Below, one piece after another: positions 10,681-20,277 of a DNA stretch of 38,043 bases (position 1 is the stretch's first letter; every line of letters starts with the position of its first letter). Source of the DNA: a virus (Duplodnaviria > Heunggongvirae > Uroviricota > Caudoviricetes). Below the pieces are notes generated by a model that was not told the origin of the DNA, ran no database searches, and saw only the letters and a list, made by a program, of their open reading frames with translations. Where the stretch lies: positions 1 to 38,043 of the IMG/VR virus record IMGVR_UViG_2537561603_000006. One strand, 5' to 3'. A program made the position numbers and the translations under genes.

Positions 10681-10919
10681 TGTTGCCTCCGTGACTCTGC
10701 GTAAATTCGCCCAGCTCCGTACACTCCAGCAGCAGAAAGCGCCGCGCCCCGTTCAGATCACGCTGACGTTTCACCCGGTACACACTGTCACCGCAGACCA
10801 CCTCATAATCAGCGGTGATCCCCCGGCGGTAGCGAATGGTGATGTAATGGGTGATGGCGTCTCCGGTCTGCGCGGTTTCCTGCCAGGTAGTGGCACTGGT
10901 CTGGACAACCTTCGCCCAT
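10655..10919 (-). pseudogene. Head-tail adaptor gene whose ATG is out of frame with the body (apparent 1-nt frameshift)
   Basis: Long open frame ...AKVVQTSATTWQETAQTGDAITHYITIRYRRGITADYEVVCGDSVYRVKRQRDLNGARRFLLLECTELGEF... has no ATG/GTG/TTG after its upstream TAA; the only ATG (10919..10917) is in the +1 frame within a GGG run. Confidence 0.45.
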
Positions 10920-11061
10920 GCCCGGAACGCAACCGGATATTAAGGCTCCACGCCAAAGTTATCCGCGGGCATATCCACCCGCTGGCGGATCAGGACGCGT
11001 TTATTCAGTTCGCCGGGGTCCGGCAGAATGTAGGTTGCGCTGGTCTGCGCCTGACGAATTT

Positions 11062-11385
11062 TCATTGCGGAAAGTACCTGTACGGGCCGACAAGCCAGCC
11101 AAAACTCTGCGGCATGTCGAGTTTCTCCACTTCCGTAACCGAAGAGCGGTTTTCGTAAAAATGGCTGATAAGCATCAGCATCCCCAGACGAATATCATCC
11201 GGCAGGTGCAGCCCGTCCGGATCGCTGTCCGGAATGGTTTCATCCGGTGCATAGAGCTTCCGGTTCAGATACGTTTCCGTCCGCTTTTGCGCCGCACAGG
11301 CCAGCAGTTGCAGATGGCGGTCATCAGCATCGAAATCCTCATCCAGCCGGAGTTGGGCTTTAATCTCTTCCATTGTCAGAAGCAT
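11062..11385 (-). CDS. gp6-like head-tail connector protein
   Basis: 107 aa ORF downstream of capsid; sequence typical of gp6-like connectors. Confidence 0.65.
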   Translation of the reverse strand: MLLTMEEIKAQLRLDEDFDADDRHLQLLACAAQKRTETYLNRKLYAPDETIPDSDPDGLHLPDDIRLGMLMLISHFYENRSSVTEVEKLDMPQSFGWLVGPYRYFPQ

Positions 11386-11387
11386 AC

Positions 11388-11588
11388 TCAGCCCTCTTTA
11401 CTGGTCGTGGCTTTTTTCTCTTTTGCCGCTTTACTGCTTTTTGCACTGGTTCCGCGCTCTGCTAACCCGGCCTGAAGTGCAATCTCCTGCACCCGGGCAG
11501 GAAGCGCCCCGTCGTCATACTCACCGGCCCGAATGACCTCAACACGCATACCGTCCGGTGACCATTTCAGATCTTGTTTCAGGATCAT
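11388..11588 (-). CDS. Small hypothetical protein (Lys/Ala-rich tail)
   Basis: 66 aa ORF between capsid and connector. Confidence 0.4.
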   Translation of the reverse strand: MILKQDLKWSPDGMRVEVIRAGEYDDGALPARVQEIALQAGLAERGTSAKSSKAAKEKKATTSKEG

Positions 11589-11637
11589 GATTCTTCACCC
11601 GTCAGAACAGGGGGCGCGGTTCCGCGCCCCTGAATGA

Positions 11638-12843
11638 TTACGCCGCTGCAATCTTCAGCAGTTTGATGGCCTGCGAATCGACCAGCATCCCGCCGGTGCG
11701 CTTGGTGGTATAAAAACCGACAAACGGTTTATTGGTGTACGGATCACGCAGAATGCGGGTGCCGATACGGTCAACGATGGTGTAACCCCGTTTGAAGTTA
11801 CCAAATGCAATGGCTTTCGCATCAGCGGCGATATCCGGCATCTGTTCGTTTTCAGCTATACCGTAACCCGCCAGAGAGGACGGCTGCCCCAGTTCCAGCC
11901 CCGGACGCCACAGATAGTTACCCTCGCTGTCTTTCAGCAGACGGATGGCAAACAGGCTGTTGTTGTTCATCATGAACTTCGCGCCAGTGCGGTGTGCCTT
12001 ACGTAGCGTGTAAATCAGTTTGATAATGGCGTCTGCGGTCACCGTCGTCGCTTCACCGGATACAATATGCTGAAGTTTGCCGAACGCCCGGACCTTGTCG
12101 GTTTCATCAGTGGATTCATACGCCAGGAACCCTTTCGGCTTCTTGGTGCCATCGCCTGAGGTAAAGGCAATTTCTTCCTGTTCGGCAAATTCGGTTGCCA
12201 GCTCGCTGTTGATCCAGGCCTCTACGTTGAAGAAGGCATCGTCCAGCATTTTCTGGGTAGCCTGCGGGTTGCCGTAGATTTCCCCCATGAGAGGTTCAAT
12301 CAGCTCCAGTCTGGAGGTGGCAGTCTGGGATCGCGTATCCGTTTCCCCCACCCATCCGGAAGCCGTACCGCCCAGATTCACCAGTTTTTTGTAGTCGGAA
12401 CCGCCAACGGTGATCACCGTGGCTTCCTGACGCATCACCACTTCATCTTTCAGCAGGTTAAGAATGTTGCGATCCAGTTCTTCCGGCACGGCGTAGCCAC
12501 CGTCTTCATCGGTACCCACCTGCAATGCCTTACGCTCCAGATCGCGCAGACCGTCTTCACGGCCTTTACGCAGGAAGCCCACAAACGCCTCTTTATGCTC
12601 GGTGGCCAGTTTATTTTGCGCTCCACCAGCTGGACGTTTCAGCTCAAGCAGCTCTTTTTCAAGGTCGCTTTTGAGATTTTCCAGCTCGCTGAGTTTCCCG
12701 TTCAGGGTTTCCACCTGCCCGGCAAGCTTGCCTTTTTCCTGCTCAATCGCATCCACGCGCTTGTCGTTCTTTGCTTTGAAGTCGTCAAACTTCTGCTGCA
12801 GCTCCTGCGCGACCTGTTCGACATCTTTAATATCAACCGCCAT
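11638..12843 (-). CDS. Major capsid protein (HK97 fold family)
   Basis: 401 aa with N-terminal coiled-coil delta-domain-like region then capsid body; follows the prohead protease. Confidence 0.9.
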   Translation of the reverse strand: MAVDIKDVEQVAQELQQKFDDFKAKNDKRVDAIEQEKGKLAGQVETLNGKLSELENLKSDLEKELLELKRPAGGAQNKLATEHKEAFVGFLRKGREDGLRDLERKALQVGTDEDGGYAVPEELDRNILNLLKDEVVMRQEATVITVGGSDYKKLVNLGGTASGWVGETDTRSQTATSRLELIEPLMGEIYGNPQATQKMLDDAFFNVEAWINSELATEFAEQEEIAFTSGDGTKKPKGFLAYESTDETDKVRAFGKLQHIVSGEATTVTADAIIKLIYTLRKAHRTGAKFMMNNNSLFAIRLLKDSEGNYLWRPGLELGQPSSLAGYGIAENEQMPDIAADAKAIAFGNFKRGYTIVDRIGTRILRDPYTNKPFVGFYTTKRTGGMLVDSQAIKLLKIAAA

Positions 12844-12857
12844 CGTATTTCTCCTGA

Positions 12858-13544
12858 TTAGAAGTTCAGATTTTTCAGTGCATTCAGTGCAGAGCCCACA
12901 TCCTCAGCGTCGCGCAGGGACAGTGCGCCATAGCCCCCGGCCATGAATGCTTTGGCCTGGGTACGGGAGAGTCCGACATCACGCAGGACTCTTTCGATTT
13001 TTTTCTGTTCGGGGATTTCCCCGCGGGCCAGTGCGTTCTTGACGTCGCTGATCCGCGCCTCGTCGTTAGACGGGAACGTCACCAGGCTGACTTCCCAGAG
13101 GTCGATTTCTTTCAGCAGAAAGGCTTCTTTGCTCCGGTCGTATTCCCAGTCTTTCAGGACGTACCCAATAGAAAGGCCGGTTAACGAACCGGCCTTCATG
13201 TGTGCATGTGCGCGTTTTGCGAGGGGATCATCATCAATAAGCAACCGTCCCCTGACGTAAAGCCCGACATCGTCTTCCTTCATTTCGGTGTAAACACCGA
13301 TGGGTTCATCCATGCGGTGCTGCCAGAGCAGCGCAGGTAACGCTTTTCTGTCACTCCACGCCCGCAGGGAAGCAGCAAATGCCCCGGACATCACCACATC
13401 ATCGTGGCTGTCCTTTACACCAAAGACGGAGCCATACCCTTCAAACTCACCGGAGTCACTGACAGATTTCAGACTCAGCGGTACATCAAGACGTTGTTTC
13501 GTCTGCATTGGCGTTATCCTTCTGCTTACCGGCTTTACTGCCAT
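12858..13544 (-). CDS. Prohead maturation protease (HK97 family)
   Basis: 228 aa ORF between portal and capsid. Confidence 0.8.
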   Translation of the reverse strand: MAVKPVSRRITPMQTKQRLDVPLSLKSVSDSGEFEGYGSVFGVKDSHDDVVMSGAFAASLRAWSDRKALPALLWQHRMDEPIGVYTEMKEDDVGLYVRGRLLIDDDPLAKRAHAHMKAGSLTGLSIGYVLKDWEYDRSKEAFLLKEIDLWEVSLVTFPSNDEARISDVKNALARGEIPEQKKIERVLRDVGLSRTQAKAFMAGGYGALSLRDAEDVGSALNALKNLNF

Positions 13545-14727
13545 CGGAGGGTTTCGTGGTCATGTTCATCGGTGTGAGATAGACATCACCACCGGGACGC
13601 GGATTCATATCTTCCAGGTCGCGGCAGTCATTGGGAGAGTAAATTCCCCAGTTGATCCCGGTGGCGTAGGCTTCAAAACGGGACTTCATATCCCCGCGCA
13701 GTAACGCCCCGGCGTTAAATTTGGCGTAATAAACGCCCTGCTTACTTTTTCGTACCAGTCCGGTGTTGATCCGCTGTTCGATGCGGGTCAGATACGGCAC
13801 CAGTGAATAGTTGATAAATCCCAGCCCCAGCTCTTCGATATTGTTGAAGGTGGCGCGATCGGTGTTCTGCACCATGTGCAACGGCACCCGGAACAGACGA
13901 CAGATTTCTTCAAGCTGAAACTTGCGGGTTTCCAGGAACTGGCTGTCCTCGGCGTTCAGCGCCATCGACTTCCAGTCCAGCCCCATCTCAAGGATCATCG
14001 GGCGGTGAGCATTGCCAAGCCCGGTGTGACGCTCCTCAAAATCTTTCTTCAGGCGCTCATAAGCCTGATCTGACAGCGTCTGCTCTGTACGCAACACACC
14101 CGACGTCACCGCGCCATTGCTGAACAGTCTGGCCCCGTGCTCTTCGGTCGCTGCCGCCAGCGATATTGCCTCGCGGGCATAGGCGATGGGATTCAGCCCC
14201 ACCAGTCCGTCCAGCGTCAGCGTGCGCACATGCCAGATATCCTCCTGGCTCAGTACATCCGTGGAGCCATCCGGGAATGTGACCTGATAGACCGGCTCCC
14301 AGCTACTGTTAAGCTTCGGTACCACACAGCCGGGATCGACGGGCAGCAGTTCAGCCACTTCGCCAAATGCTTTCACTTTGTAGGCGTAAAAGTTTCCCCG
14401 CAGGCACAGACAGGTGACCACCAGCTCCCAGAACTCCTGCGGCGTCATATAGCCATTGGGATGCGTGGAGATCAGCTTATGCAGACGTTCGCCAGTGGCT
14501 CTCTGCTTCAGGCTGCCGTTCAGGTGATACAGGTTGCAGGGCAACATCCCGACCGACTCCGCCAGCACCCTGACACAGGAAAAAACCGCCGTCAGTCGCA
14601 TGGCCCGCTGGCTGCTGATCTGCTTTCCGGTATAGGTGTCGTAGGACAACCCGATAGCATCCGCCAGCTCTGCTGGCGTGGTCACCGGTGCGTCACTTTT
14701 TCGTTGAAATAATCCCGAAAAGAACAC
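13486..14727 (-). CDS. Portal protein (HK97 family)
   Basis: 413 aa ORF downstream of large terminase; start uncertain. Confidence 0.85.
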   Translation of the reverse strand: MFFSGLFQRKSDAPVTTPAELADAIGLSYDTYTGKQISSQRAMRLTAVFSCVRVLAESVGMLPCNLYHLNGSLKQRATGERLHKLISTHPNGYMTPQEFWELVVTCLCLRGNFYAYKVKAFGEVAELLPVDPGCVVPKLNSSWEPVYQVTFPDGSTDVLSQEDIWHVRTLTLDGLVGLNPIAYAREAISLAAATEEHGARLFSNGAVTSGVLRTEQTLSDQAYERLKKDFEERHTGLGNAHRPMILEMGLDWKSMALNAEDSQFLETRKFQLEEICRLFRVPLHMVQNTDRATFNNIEELGLGFINYSLVPYLTRIEQRINTGLVRKSKQGVYYAKFNAGALLRGDMKSRFEAYATGINWGIYSPNDCRDLEDMNPRPGGDVYLTPMNMTTKPSDGSKAGKQKDNANADETTS

Positions 14728-14909
14728 TATTTACCTCCGCCGACAGACGACTGTGTACGGTCGAGATATCGCGCCACCAGCCACGACCAGAACAGGCACA
14801 ACGCCCCGGCAACAACAAACCCCGCCGGGGGATAAATCAGCCAGGCACCATACGCCAGCAAAAGCGCCCCCAGCACGCCCACCAGAGGCGCGAGAATCAG
14901 CATGATCAT
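14727..14909 (-). CDS. Small two-helix membrane protein
   Basis: 60 aa ORF, two hydrophobic segments, wedged between terminase and portal. Confidence 0.35.
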
Positions 14910-14920
14910 AATTACCTCAG

Positions 14921-16654
14921 TTAAAGCGAGCGGATCCCATAGGACTCAATGTGGTCAGACAGCGTGTCTTCTTTCTCGTACAGCATGGCTCTGCCAACCG
15001 CCATAATCAGCGCAACTGCACCATCGATTTTGTTTTCCGCCTGCTCTTTGACGGGCTTCACCACATCATCGTTACCCGGAATGGTTTTGCCGACCACGTT
15101 GCCGATACACCAGGTCATGATGGGATTGCCATCATGATGAAAGCGCCCCGATTCAATTGCCGCTTCCAGCTCTTTCATCGGGTCGGACATGTTGGTGTAG
15201 TTCTGAATGATAGTGATGGGGTTCAGGTCTTCATCAGCAAGGTCATGTGACAACCCGGTCGCCCCGAAGGGGTCGATGGGTGACTCACTGACCGGGCTGA
15301 TTTTGTTCGCCGCTTTGGCCTCCTCGAGGATGTAGCGATAATCCACCTCCGCACCATCGGTAACGGTCAGAACGCCCATTTCCACCCATTTCTGAAAGCG
15401 TTCGGCTGTCCGTCGATCTTCATTTTTCTCGACGCTGTACACCGTGTCATACGGTACCCAGAAACGCGGGGCCACACTGTAGTAATGCGTTTTACCGTCA
15501 ATCTCGCGGGTATAAAGTCGCGCCATGCTGTTCATATCCAGCTTACGCGCCAGGTCAAAGGCCAGAATGCACGGCTGCCCCTCGAACTGCTCAAGAGTCA
15601 GTGATTTATCCTCGCAGCTCTGCCAGCTCACCAAGTTGAAATACGCCGAACGCGCCGACACCCAGATATTGAGGTGTTTTGTTTTAAAGACGTTTGCCAG
15701 ACGGGCGTTATTTTTCGCACGCTGCTGCTGACTTAACAAAAATTCGCGATAAACCGACACGCCAATATTTGGATTGGCTTTTTCCAGCACCTGCGGGTCG
15801 GTCCAGTCGTCACCTTCATCAACGGTATAGATGATCCCGAACAGTTCATCGTTAGGCACCGAGCCGTTGAGCATCTCGATGACTTCCCGCCGTTTGTCGT
15901 AGCACGGCCCCTCAATGTTGTACCCGGCGGTAGTGATAGCCCACATCAGTGGCTGACGTCGCGCCCCCATCCCGGTAAGCATCGTGGTGTAAAGCGCATC
16001 TGTGGCGTGCTCGTGATATTCATCCACCACCGCACAGTGGGGTGATGAACCATCACCGGGGTTACCGATCAGCGGTTCAAAACGCGCACCATCCTCCGGA
16101 CGGTTCATGTTTGAGGCGTTAACCTCAATCCCGAACGCTTCCGTCAGCATGGGTGTGCGTTTACACATCAGTCTTGCCGGACGAAAGACTTCCCATGCCT
16201 GTTTCTCCGTCGTGGCACCGGAATACACTTCCGCGCCGAACTCGTTATCACAGGCAAAACAATACAGGGCGACACCGGCAGAGATTGCCGATTTGCCGTT
16301 CTTACGGGGGATTTCGGTATACACCTCACGGAAGCGGCGCAGCCGGGAGCCTTTATTGACCCCGCCAAACGCGCAGCAGATCACAAAGAGCTGCCACGGC
16401 TCCAGCGTGATGGGCATCCTCTTAAATGCCCACTCACCCTTGGTGTGCGGCAACAGCTGAATAAATTTGGCGGCCCGTTCAGCCAGGTCCTTGTCGAAGC
16501 GGTAACGAAACGACTTACTTTTTTCCGCCATCAGGTCATCAAGATGGCGCTGGCAGGCCTGAATCACAAACTGGCAGGCCACAATCTTTCCGCGCACGAC
16601 ATCCCGGGCATACTGATTGGCAGCATTTACGTTGGGGTAAGATTTCCGGCTCAT
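14921..16654 (-). CDS. Terminase large subunit
   Basis: 577 aa; N-terminal ATPase and C-terminal nuclease regions; ATG overlaps small-subunit stop. Confidence 0.9.
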
Positions 16655-17154
16655 GATTCGATGATTTTCAGAAACGGGTTAGTGGCTTTCTTCTTCCCCG
16701 CCAGGCCAATCAGACGCTGGCGGCTGCTGGGGTCGAGTCCGAGCATTGCCCCCGTACTGCTCATCTCGGACTCCTGTTCTTTTTTGGCGGTCAGCTCCGG
16801 ATTTTTGACCATACCGCCCATTGCACCGGTGATGGTGTTGCCCTGTCTGGCAATATTTTTCACGGCACGTCGCCAGAACTCGTAGGCCACGCACCACCGC
16901 TCAAGCACCGCGAGGTCAGTCACGCACAGCAGGCCCTGACCGCAGAGTTCTTTAGTTGTCAGTTGCCACATGATCGTAGCGAGAGGGAGATCTTCTTCAG
17001 CGAACCACTCCGGTGGCTCAACACCTTTGATGGGCGTAAAAACAGGTTCATCTTTATTCAGGGCTCGCTTGCCGGGGTTTCCGGCCAGCGCCTTGCGCGC
17101 CGTTGGCTTGGGGCGACGCCCGGAACGCCCCGCCGTTCCAGCCATATGCGGCAC
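16651..17154 (-). CDS. Terminase small subunit (P27 family-like)
   Basis: 167 aa ORF; AGGAG Shine-Dalgarno upstream; precedes large subunit. Confidence 0.8.
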   Translation of the reverse strand: MPHMAGTAGRSGRRPKPTARKALAGNPGKRALNKDEPVFTPIKGVEPPEWFAEEDLPLATIMWQLTTKELCGQGLLCVTDLAVLERWCVAYEFWRRAVKNIARQGNTITGAMGGMVKNPELTAKKEQESEMSSTGAMLGLDPSSRQRLIGLAGKKKATNPFLKIIES

Positions 17155-17271
17155 TCCTGGTTAAATTTCATTTTTCGCGGGTATAAAAAAACGATGGGGC
17201 GGGCAGTCCGGAAGACGTCAGGTCACAGGGATTTGACCCGCCCCTCCCCCACAGACAGTTGAGAATTATTA
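17155..17271. other. Candidate cos / packaging-site region with a long GC inverted repeat
   Basis: GGGGCGGG (17196-17203) pairs with CCCGCCCC (17237-17244) across about 33 nt; on the minus strand it is followed by a T-run; lies between HNH and terS. Confidence 0.35.
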
Positions 17272-17622
17272 TCACTTTAGCCGTTCACGGGCCGTCTTCG
17301 CCTTATGGCAGGGCCAGCACAGACTCTGCAGATTACTGTCGGCATCAGTGCCGCCATGCGCTTTAGGGATAATATGGTCAACGGTTTTCGCCTCACGCAC
17401 CACACCAGCACGCAGACATAACTGACACAGGCCTTTGTCACGCTTCAGGACACGCGCGCGGATAACGTCCCACTTCGAACCATAACCACGCTGATGGCGG
17501 GACTGGCCCGGCTTGTATTGCTTCCAGCCTTCGCTTTTGTGGCTTTCGCAGTAGCCTGACGGATCTGTCGTGGTATGGCGGCAGCCGCGAACACGGCAGG
17601 CTTTTGGGGTTCGTGGGGGCAT
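17272..17622 (-). CDS. HNH endonuclease (terminase-associated)
   Basis: Cys-rich protein with ...TVDHIIPKAHGGTDADSNLQSLCWPCHKAKT... (HNH motif); start chosen at internal Met (MPPRTPK...), the track's longest ORF starts at 17673. Confidence 0.8.
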   Translation of the reverse strand: MPPRTPKACRVRGCRHTTTDPSGYCESHKSEGWKQYKPGQSRHQRGYGSKWDVIRARVLKRDKGLCQLCLRAGVVREAKTVDHIIPKAHGGTDADSNLQSLCWPCHKAKTARERLK

Positions 17623-17707
17623 TGAAGACTCTCTTTGATGTGCATGTGTGGTGCGCATAAAAAAGCCCCGCATGTGCGAGGCTAATGATTTGCATAAATT
17701 TGTTGTT

Positions 17708-17932
17708 TCAGTCTAGCTTTATAAGTTTTACGGGTTTCTCGCCTGCTTCTACACACCAGTTGTTGTACTCATGTACAGCTCGCATCAGCTCACCATCATA
17801 GTGACCAATCTTCTCTACAAGGGATGTAAGCGATTGGGGGTTGAATTCAACAATTTCTGGTGGGATGAGGTTTACATTCCCTTTCTGATGAAGGGCATAG
17901 ACAGCAGTACGTAAATCACCAATAGCTTTCAT
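17708..17932 (-). CDS. Hypothetical protein (AT-rich cargo)
   Basis: 74 aa ORF; preceded by a 25-codon ORF (17933..18010, found manually) whose stop abuts its ATG. Confidence 0.45.
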   Translation of the reverse strand: MKAIGDLRTAVYALHQKGNVNLIPPEIVEFNPQSLTSLVEKIGHYDGELMRAVHEYNNWCVEAGEKPVKLIKLD

Positions 17933-18055
17933 TCATTCAGCATGAAGATCTTTGATCTTTTCATTAAGGATTTTGCAGCGACCTATTGCTTCATAATTCA
18001 GTTCAGACATTCTGCCCTCCTATTAAAATTCGTTATCTTTAGAGATAACTCTATA

Positions 18056-18460
18056 TTAAGAATGATTTTCTTTATCCTTAAAATAATACCCAATTATAAA
18101 TCCTAATGAAGTACCAAGGGCAGTAATCATTATTGACAATACCTTTTCCAGCTCGAGTGGCTTTAAATATTGAACGTAATCATCAACACCTTTGCTCTTT
18201 AACTCTAAAGCCCAATTCACAACAGAATTATTATACCAAAGAACAAAAAGACAGCTAAAAATAAGAAGGCAAAAAAAGAACCAGAGAAACGTAATAGTTA
18301 AGGCGCTTCGTGTTTTACCATCAGTATGCTTAGAGTTAACAGCATTTTCCTCTGCTTTTCCAGCTGACTCTTCAATTTTTTTATTTTCGATCCTGGCTAC
18401 TTTTAATCTATCAAGGATGTTTCCAACATCTTCAATCGACATTTGAATTCCCTCCCGCAA
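18056..18460 (-). CDS. Hypothetical membrane protein (AT-rich cargo)
   Basis: 134 aa; hydrophobic segments ALTITFLWFFFCLLIFSCLFVLWY and VLSIMITALGTSLGFIIGYYF. Confidence 0.5.
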   Translation of the reverse strand: MREGIQMSIEDVGNILDRLKVARIENKKIEESAGKAEENAVNSKHTDGKTRSALTITFLWFFFCLLIFSCLFVLWYNNSVVNWALELKSKGVDDYVQYLKPLELEKVLSIMITALGTSLGFIIGYYFKDKENHS

Positions 18461-18743
18461 TTTTAGATAAGGAGTTCATAGCCTCAACATAGTCTGAACT
18501 TAAAGACTCATTATATTTTTCAATACTCGAAATTCCATTTTTCACAACTGGGCTAATTTTTTTGTAGAGAGCAACCTGTCCTTTTTCAAACTCAGAGAGA
18601 TTATCACCAGAGTTTTTGCGGATATCCTCAATTGAGTTCAATAGATCTGTAATAAGAACCATGTGAGCATCAGCCATCGCAGCAGATGCTGCTCTGAACT
18701 CCGCAATCTTTTCAATAGCTTGTTTGATTTTTATGTTTGACAT
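18432..18743 (-). CDS. Hypothetical soluble protein (AT-rich cargo)
   Basis: 103 aa ORF upstream of, and slightly overlapping, the membrane protein gene. Confidence 0.5.
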   Translation of the reverse strand: MSNIKIKQAIEKIAEFRAASAAMADAHMVLITDLLNSIEDIRKNSGDNLSEFEKGQVALYKKISPVVKNGISSIEKYNESLSSDYVEAMNSLSKIAGGNSNVD

Positions 18744-19004
18744 ATTATCTCCATCATATAATGTTCATATTCTCTCACTTATCATCAAAAATGACAAGCT
18801 AAGGGAACCACTTAATTTATATGTGGAAAGAATGATTAAATTTTTCAATCTTAATATATACATCACATCAATTATTAAAAGTAACAAAACACTTGTCTAC
18901 TTATAACTTTATTGTTTTTCATATTTAGGTAAGCATGAGCAATAATTATATCGTATTCTGTGTGGTATATTATATTCATCTACTAACAAGAAAAATATAC
19001 CACT

Positions 19005-19196
19005 TCAAATTGTACGTTTGTATTTCTTATGCATACCGCGCTCAACAGAGTCACCAGGAATATGGTTAATAGTCTGCTGTATATTTCTGGCCTCTTCCGT
19101 TGCCTCTACACGGTGTCCTGCTGCTGAGTGCTTAGCCGCTGCGTTAACTTCAGTGTATAACAGAGCAGTTTTAACCTCTTCTTTTACTAGTGCCAC
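19005..19196 (-). CDS. Hypothetical small protein (GTG start)
   Basis: 63 aa ORF; first codon is GTG; no clear Shine-Dalgarno; a 34-codon hydrophobic ORF (19171..19275) overlaps it in another frame. Confidence 0.3.
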   Translation of the reverse strand: MALVKEEVKTALLYTEVNAAAKHSAAGHRVEATEEARNIQQTINHIPGDSVERGMHKKYKRTI

Positions 19197-19352
19197 GGAT
19201 ACGCCCTAGGCCAACAACTCCAGCGATAACAGTGATAACCAAAGCAACCAGTCCAATAAATCTTTCGATACTCATTGCATCAGAACAGATTTTGCCAAAT
19301 TAACAGAACGGGCGTGGTATAACACTTCGAAAACACGATCAATCTGCCTCTT

Positions 19353-19814
19353 TTAATTCATGCATTGAGTTCTGATGTATTCCTGTAGGTAATTAACCTG
19401 TGCGGTTATCCTGTCGATTCCACTTCGGAGACGGTAATAATTGAATTCAGCATCTGCTGTAAGTCTTGGGCTTTCTCCATCGCCCATGCCGCTGGCTCTG
19501 GTCGTTGATTTTGCACAGGTGGCGGCGACTTGCAGGCGCTTACGCCCAGCAGAAACATCAGCACGGAGGCTTTCGATAGTCGCGTTAGCATCAGCAAGCT
19601 CCTTTGTGTATCTGGCGTCAAGTTCTGCTACGTCACGTTGACGCTTCTGCATATCAGAAATGGTCGCCATAGCCGAATCTAATGCCATAGCATTCTCATC
19701 ACGCTGCTTTTTGTATTCAATAGCTTTATTGTGGTAATGATTCGCTGAACAGATAAAAGAACCAATGACAGTAACGAAGAAAGCAGCGATAACCAGCTTA
19801 TAGCTCAACTTCAT
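19353..19814 (-). CDS. Rz: Rz-like i-spanin
   Basis: 153 aa with N-terminal transmembrane anchor and coiled-coil periplasmic domain; directly downstream of the endolysin gene. Confidence 0.8.
   Translation of the reverse strand: MKLSYKLVIAAFFVTVIGSFICSANHYHNKAIEYKKQRDENAMALDSAMATISDMQKRQRDVAELDARYTKELADANATIESLRADVSAGRKRLQVAATCAKSTTRASGMGDGESPRLTADAEFNYYRLRSGIDRITAQVNYLQEYIRTQCMN
19406..19591 (-). CDS. Rz1: Rz1-like o-spanin lipoprotein embedded in Rz
   Basis: +1 frame inside Rz; lipobox-like LLGVSAC followed by a proline-rich stretch; start set at the Met preceding the lipobox. Confidence 0.65.
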   Translation of the reverse strand: MLTRLSKASVLMFLLGVSACKSPPPVQNQRPEPAAWAMEKAQDLQQMLNSIITVSEVESTG

Positions 19815-20274
19815 TTACCACCCCACCAGCCTCTTTAAATCGGGCAATCAGGTCACCGATTTTATGCTCATATTGACCGTAACCTGCACCGGGTAATGAC
19901 GCCCAGATATTGCTGCAACGATCGATAGCCTGACGGATATCACCGCGATCAATCATCGGTAAAGCACCACGCTCTTTAATCTGCTGCAATGCCACTGCGT
20001 CCTGGCTTTTGGGGGAGAAGTCTTTCAAACCAAGCTGTTTACGGTAAGCATCCCACCAGCGTGAAAGAAGCTGATAACGCCCGGCGGCTGTTGATTTGAG
20101 TTTGGGGTTTAGCGTGACAAGTTTGCGAGGGTGATCGGAGTAATCAGTAAACAGTTCGCCGCCAACAATAACATCATAACCGTGGTTACGTGTCGGTTGT
20201 CGCCCGTTATCCGTTCCTTCTGACCATGCCACCATATCAAGGAAAGCTTTACGCTGGGAATTTAGTGCCTGCAT
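19798..20274 (-). CDS. R: Endolysin, lambda R-type lytic transglycosylase
   Basis: Translation ...QRKAFLDMVAWSEGTDNGRQPTRNHGYDVIVGGELFTDYSDHPRKLVTLNPKLKSTAAGRYQLLSRWWDAYRKQ... is near-identical to lambda R as remembered. Confidence 0.95.
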   Translation of the reverse strand: MQALNSQRKAFLDMVAWSEGTDNGRQPTRNHGYDVIVGGELFTDYSDHPRKLVTLNPKLKSTAAGRYQLLSRWWDAYRKQLGLKDFSPKSQDAVALQQIKERGALPMIDRGDIRQAIDRCSNIWASLPGAGYGQYEHKIGDLIARFKEAGGVVNEVEL

Positions 20275-20277
20275 AAA

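Noticed and set aside
10771-10956. 61 aa minus-strand ORF (MAWSLNIRLRSGHGRR...)
   Set aside because: It is the third frame across the head-tail adaptor region; Arg/Pro-rich low-complexity translation. The adaptor-like frame is the plausible coding frame.
19171-19275. 34-codon hydrophobic peptide ORF as a Hok/Ldr-type toxin
   Set aside because: No Shine-Dalgarno sequence, no recognisable similarity to known type I toxins, and it overlaps another candidate ORF; kept only as a note inside the AT-rich island finding.
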